From: Macrostomum lignano
Taxonomy: Eukaryota
Reading direction: 5' to 3'
Assembly: GCA_002269645.1 (NCBI GenBank)
Contig: NIVC01001635.1
Coordinates: forward strand, 124,001 to 188,000
DNA length: 64,000 nt
The position numbers were made by a program, and so were the translations under genes. Each line of letters opens with the position of its first letter. The first letter of the stretch is position 1. The notes beneath the pieces are model-generated. The model was given only the letters and a program-made list of their open reading frames with translations. It was not told the DNA's origin and did no database searches. Positions 61,401 through 64,000 of the stretch are shown here, one piece after another.

Positions 61401-63528
61401 ATAGGGGATTTTTTAGATTTCAAGGTTTATGGGTAACATTACTAAGATGTCAAGGCTTGCAAGGAAAATAGCTAAGATATCAAGGCTAAAGTCAAAAGCT
61501 ATATGTAGTTAATTCAAAACTTTATTAAATTTGTTGGCTCTTCACAAGGAAAGAAAGGTTGCTGATAAACAAAGTGTCATATAAAAAAAGAATAAAGCAT
61601 AATGTCAAAGTTAGAAGATTTATTTAGGAATCACTATGATATCAAGGCTTGGAGGATATCACTATAATGCTATAGTGCTATAATGACTCTTGGGGATAAT
61701 AACTGAAATGTCAATGCTCTAGGGTTAGATTTAGGCTAAGGTTAGGTTTTTGACAGATTTCTTAAATATCAAGGCTTTTAGACGGCCATCACTGAGCTGT
61801 CAAAGGGGAAATTGATATGTTAAGGCTTGTGGGAGGGGAATTGCTGAGATATCAAAGCTTACAAAAGACTACTAAGGTATATTCCAAAGAGACACTATAT
61901 GTAGTTTGTTTAAAAAACTTGTACTGCATTTTTTCTCCCCAATAGGGTGCACTGATTGCTAGTATATGTACTAGATTTGGTACTATTACCTATGCTAAGT
62001 AGATAGCCATCAATTATTTAAACAAATTTACTATAAAATAAACTTATTTAAATATGTAAGATTGTTTATCTAAATTTACTTTAAATTACTTTTTTAGTTT
62101 TAAATACATTTTTTTGATTTTAAGGAGGTATAAAAAGATAGTCCTTTTAGTTTTCCATTGTAGGTTAAGTATACTATTTACAATAGAATAAATTTCCTAT
62201 ATTGTTATATATTGTATGCTATTTATTTTTTTCTTTTGCACTATATACTAATGCTTGGGATTATTATAGCTCAATTTCAAAGTTAAGAAATGGATTGTTC
62301 ATCAATGTATTATTTCTTCTATAATACTATTTATCAATTTTAGACCTAGCATAACTTTGCTTTTGTCCAAGCCTAAATTTGAATTGAAACTTTGAGCAGT
62401 CTTTTGACTTGTATGTTTTTAATAAAATTAATAAGTATTATAAAGATTATTATGCAAAAGCAAACTTATAAATAAAAAGAATAGTATATGCTACAAAAGA
62501 TCAAAATTCTAAGACAAAATATTATAAAGCAGTTAAATGACATTAGTGACCTTGCTATATCTTTTTGTCCTTACTGGTTTCTAATCTAGTGCAATATGGC
62601 AATGTATGTGTGTCAATGTCACTAATGTCATTTAACTGCTTTATAATATTTTGTCTTAGAATTTTGATTTTGATTTTGATTCATAGTCAATATATATATA
62701 TATACCATGTTTTTGTTTGTATTGAAGCATTCATAGAAATAGTACCTTGACTTTTAAATAAAAAAAAATGATGCAAAAGTTATATGATACAATGGCAATG
62801 GCATTTCTACTCCTGTAATCAAAACCAGAGTGTTTAAACTTCTTATTTGCAATTGCCAATTTAAAAAATATTATACTGGGTTTCTTATATAGTCAAAAAT
62901 GGTTTTGTCATGAGCACTATTTGAAAACAACAGAAGTGTATTAATTGATAATAATAGGTATTTTGTTTAAGTTTTAACTACAAATTACTTTGTCTTTAGA
63001 TATGTCATAAGTAATGTCACTGATGTGGAAACAGTTGCACATTAACAAAACTGTAGCAATCATAGTTTCAAAGTGCCCCCCCCCCCAATATCAATCACCC
63101 TCTGGCGTGGCATTGCTGGTACAGCTTCTTCCCACCTAAGCTTGCAGGTTTTTTTCCTCCAGCAGCCAGAACCAGTGCAATCTGCCACAAAATGAATTGG
63201 ATTTGGCCAGAGATCTCAGTGTGCTGGAAAAGTCGTTAAAATTCTGATCATCAACCTTGGTGGTTGGCAAAGTTGGAGACTCAGTACAGATGGAGACTCG
63301 CTTGGTCTCACTAAGTGCAGTGACATTACTTATAACTTATTAAAAAAGTGTCATTTCCTTGGTCATAAAAATCATACAAATCATTATATCCCATAAACTA
63401 AAATCATTTATCTACCAGGCCAGCGCATCAAGCAGCTTCGAGAGCAGCTCAAAGTGTGGGTTAAGACGCCGTCTCGTGATGAGCCGCCTATTTTCGAAGT
63501 GACTGGCCTACCAGAGAAACTTGCCGAA
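58428..63528 (+). CDS. MEX3: MEX3-like KH-domain RNA-binding protein, exons 1-2; gene continues past the window end
   Basis: Exon 58428-58953 ends MTNTERIQVPSSDHVAEIVGKNG|gtaatt; exon 63419-63528 continues GQRIKQLREQLKVWVKTPSRDEPPIFEVTG, matching MEX3 KH1 ([27 protein letters not shown]...IKTPVRGEEPVFMVTG). Confidence 0.88.
59281..59786. mobile_element. PIF/Harbinger-type (Tourist-like) MITE
   Basis: TIRs GGCAATGCTTATCTCCATGGTACTATAGGAATAAT / ATTATTCCTATAGTACCGTGGCGATAAGCACTGCC; TTA on both flanks. Confidence 0.85.
60010..60488. mobile_element. Second copy of the dispersed repeat at 8804-9298
   Basis: Collinear diverged homology in the same orientation. Confidence 0.55.
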
Positions 63529-63544
63529 GTAAGTACCCCAACTA

Positions 63545-63985
63545 ATAGAGAGACTCACTATGGTAATAGATTAATAGAGTGACTCACTGCCAGCATAGAC
63601 TAATAGAGTGACTTATGGCCAGTCAAACTGTCATAGATTAATAGAGTGACTCACTGCCAGTCATAGACTAATAGAGTGACTCACTGCCAGCATAGATTAA
63701 AAGAGTGACTCACTGTCAGTCATAGACTAATAGAGTGACTCACTGCCAGTCATAGATTAAAAGAGTGACTCACTGTCAGTCATAGACTAATAGAGTGACT
63801 CACTGCCAGTCATAGATTAAAAGAGTGACTCACTGTCAGTCATAGACTAATTGAGTGACTCACTGCCAGTCATAGACTAATAGAGTGACTCACTGCCAGT
63901 CATAGACTAATAGAGTGACTCACTGCCAGTCATAGACTAATTGAGTGACTCACTGCCAGTCATAGACTAATAGTGACTCACTGCG
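63545..63985. repeat. 30-bp minisatellite (CATAGACTAATAGAGTGACTCACTGCCAGT)
   Basis: About 14 copies in MEX3 intron 2. Confidence 0.95.
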
Positions 63986-64000
63986 GGCGGTCAGCATTGT

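Noticed and set aside
63060-63320. Possible LINE endonuclease remnant (ALSETKR on the minus strand)
   Set aside because: Only one short motif matches; too weak to call.

Overview
Eukaryotic (metazoan, invertebrate) genomic DNA: intron-rich genes with GC-rich exons, separated by AT-rich spacers packed with transposon remnants and minisatellites. The style suggests a flatworm such as Macrostomum, but that is inference only. Host genes reconstructed from splice sites: AP-2 adaptor alpha (minus, 3' end outside the window), ornithine decarboxylase antizyme (plus), Homer (plus), HAX1-like (plus), an unidentified coiled-coil gene (plus), TSNAXIP1 (minus) and the 5' part of a MEX3-like KH gene (plus). 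The best signal is the antizyme gene, which the ORF track only partly sees. A 26-codon ORF1 split by an intron ends in TTT-TGA (12303-12308), the antizyme domain continues in the +1 frame, and a two-stem H-type RNA pseudoknot starts 4 nt after the stop. Mobile DNA includes a decayed Penelope-like element with an upstream SGNH/GDSL esterase-like frame and an unusual post-endonuclease tail, and a second Penelope 3' end carrying a minimal hammerhead ribozyme that truncates a Ty3/Gypsy element. Also present are two tRNA-headed CORE-type SINEs, RTE LINE and mariner remnants, and several non-autonomous DNA transposons with readable TSDs. All calls come from reading the sequence and recalled family motifs; no database searches were run.
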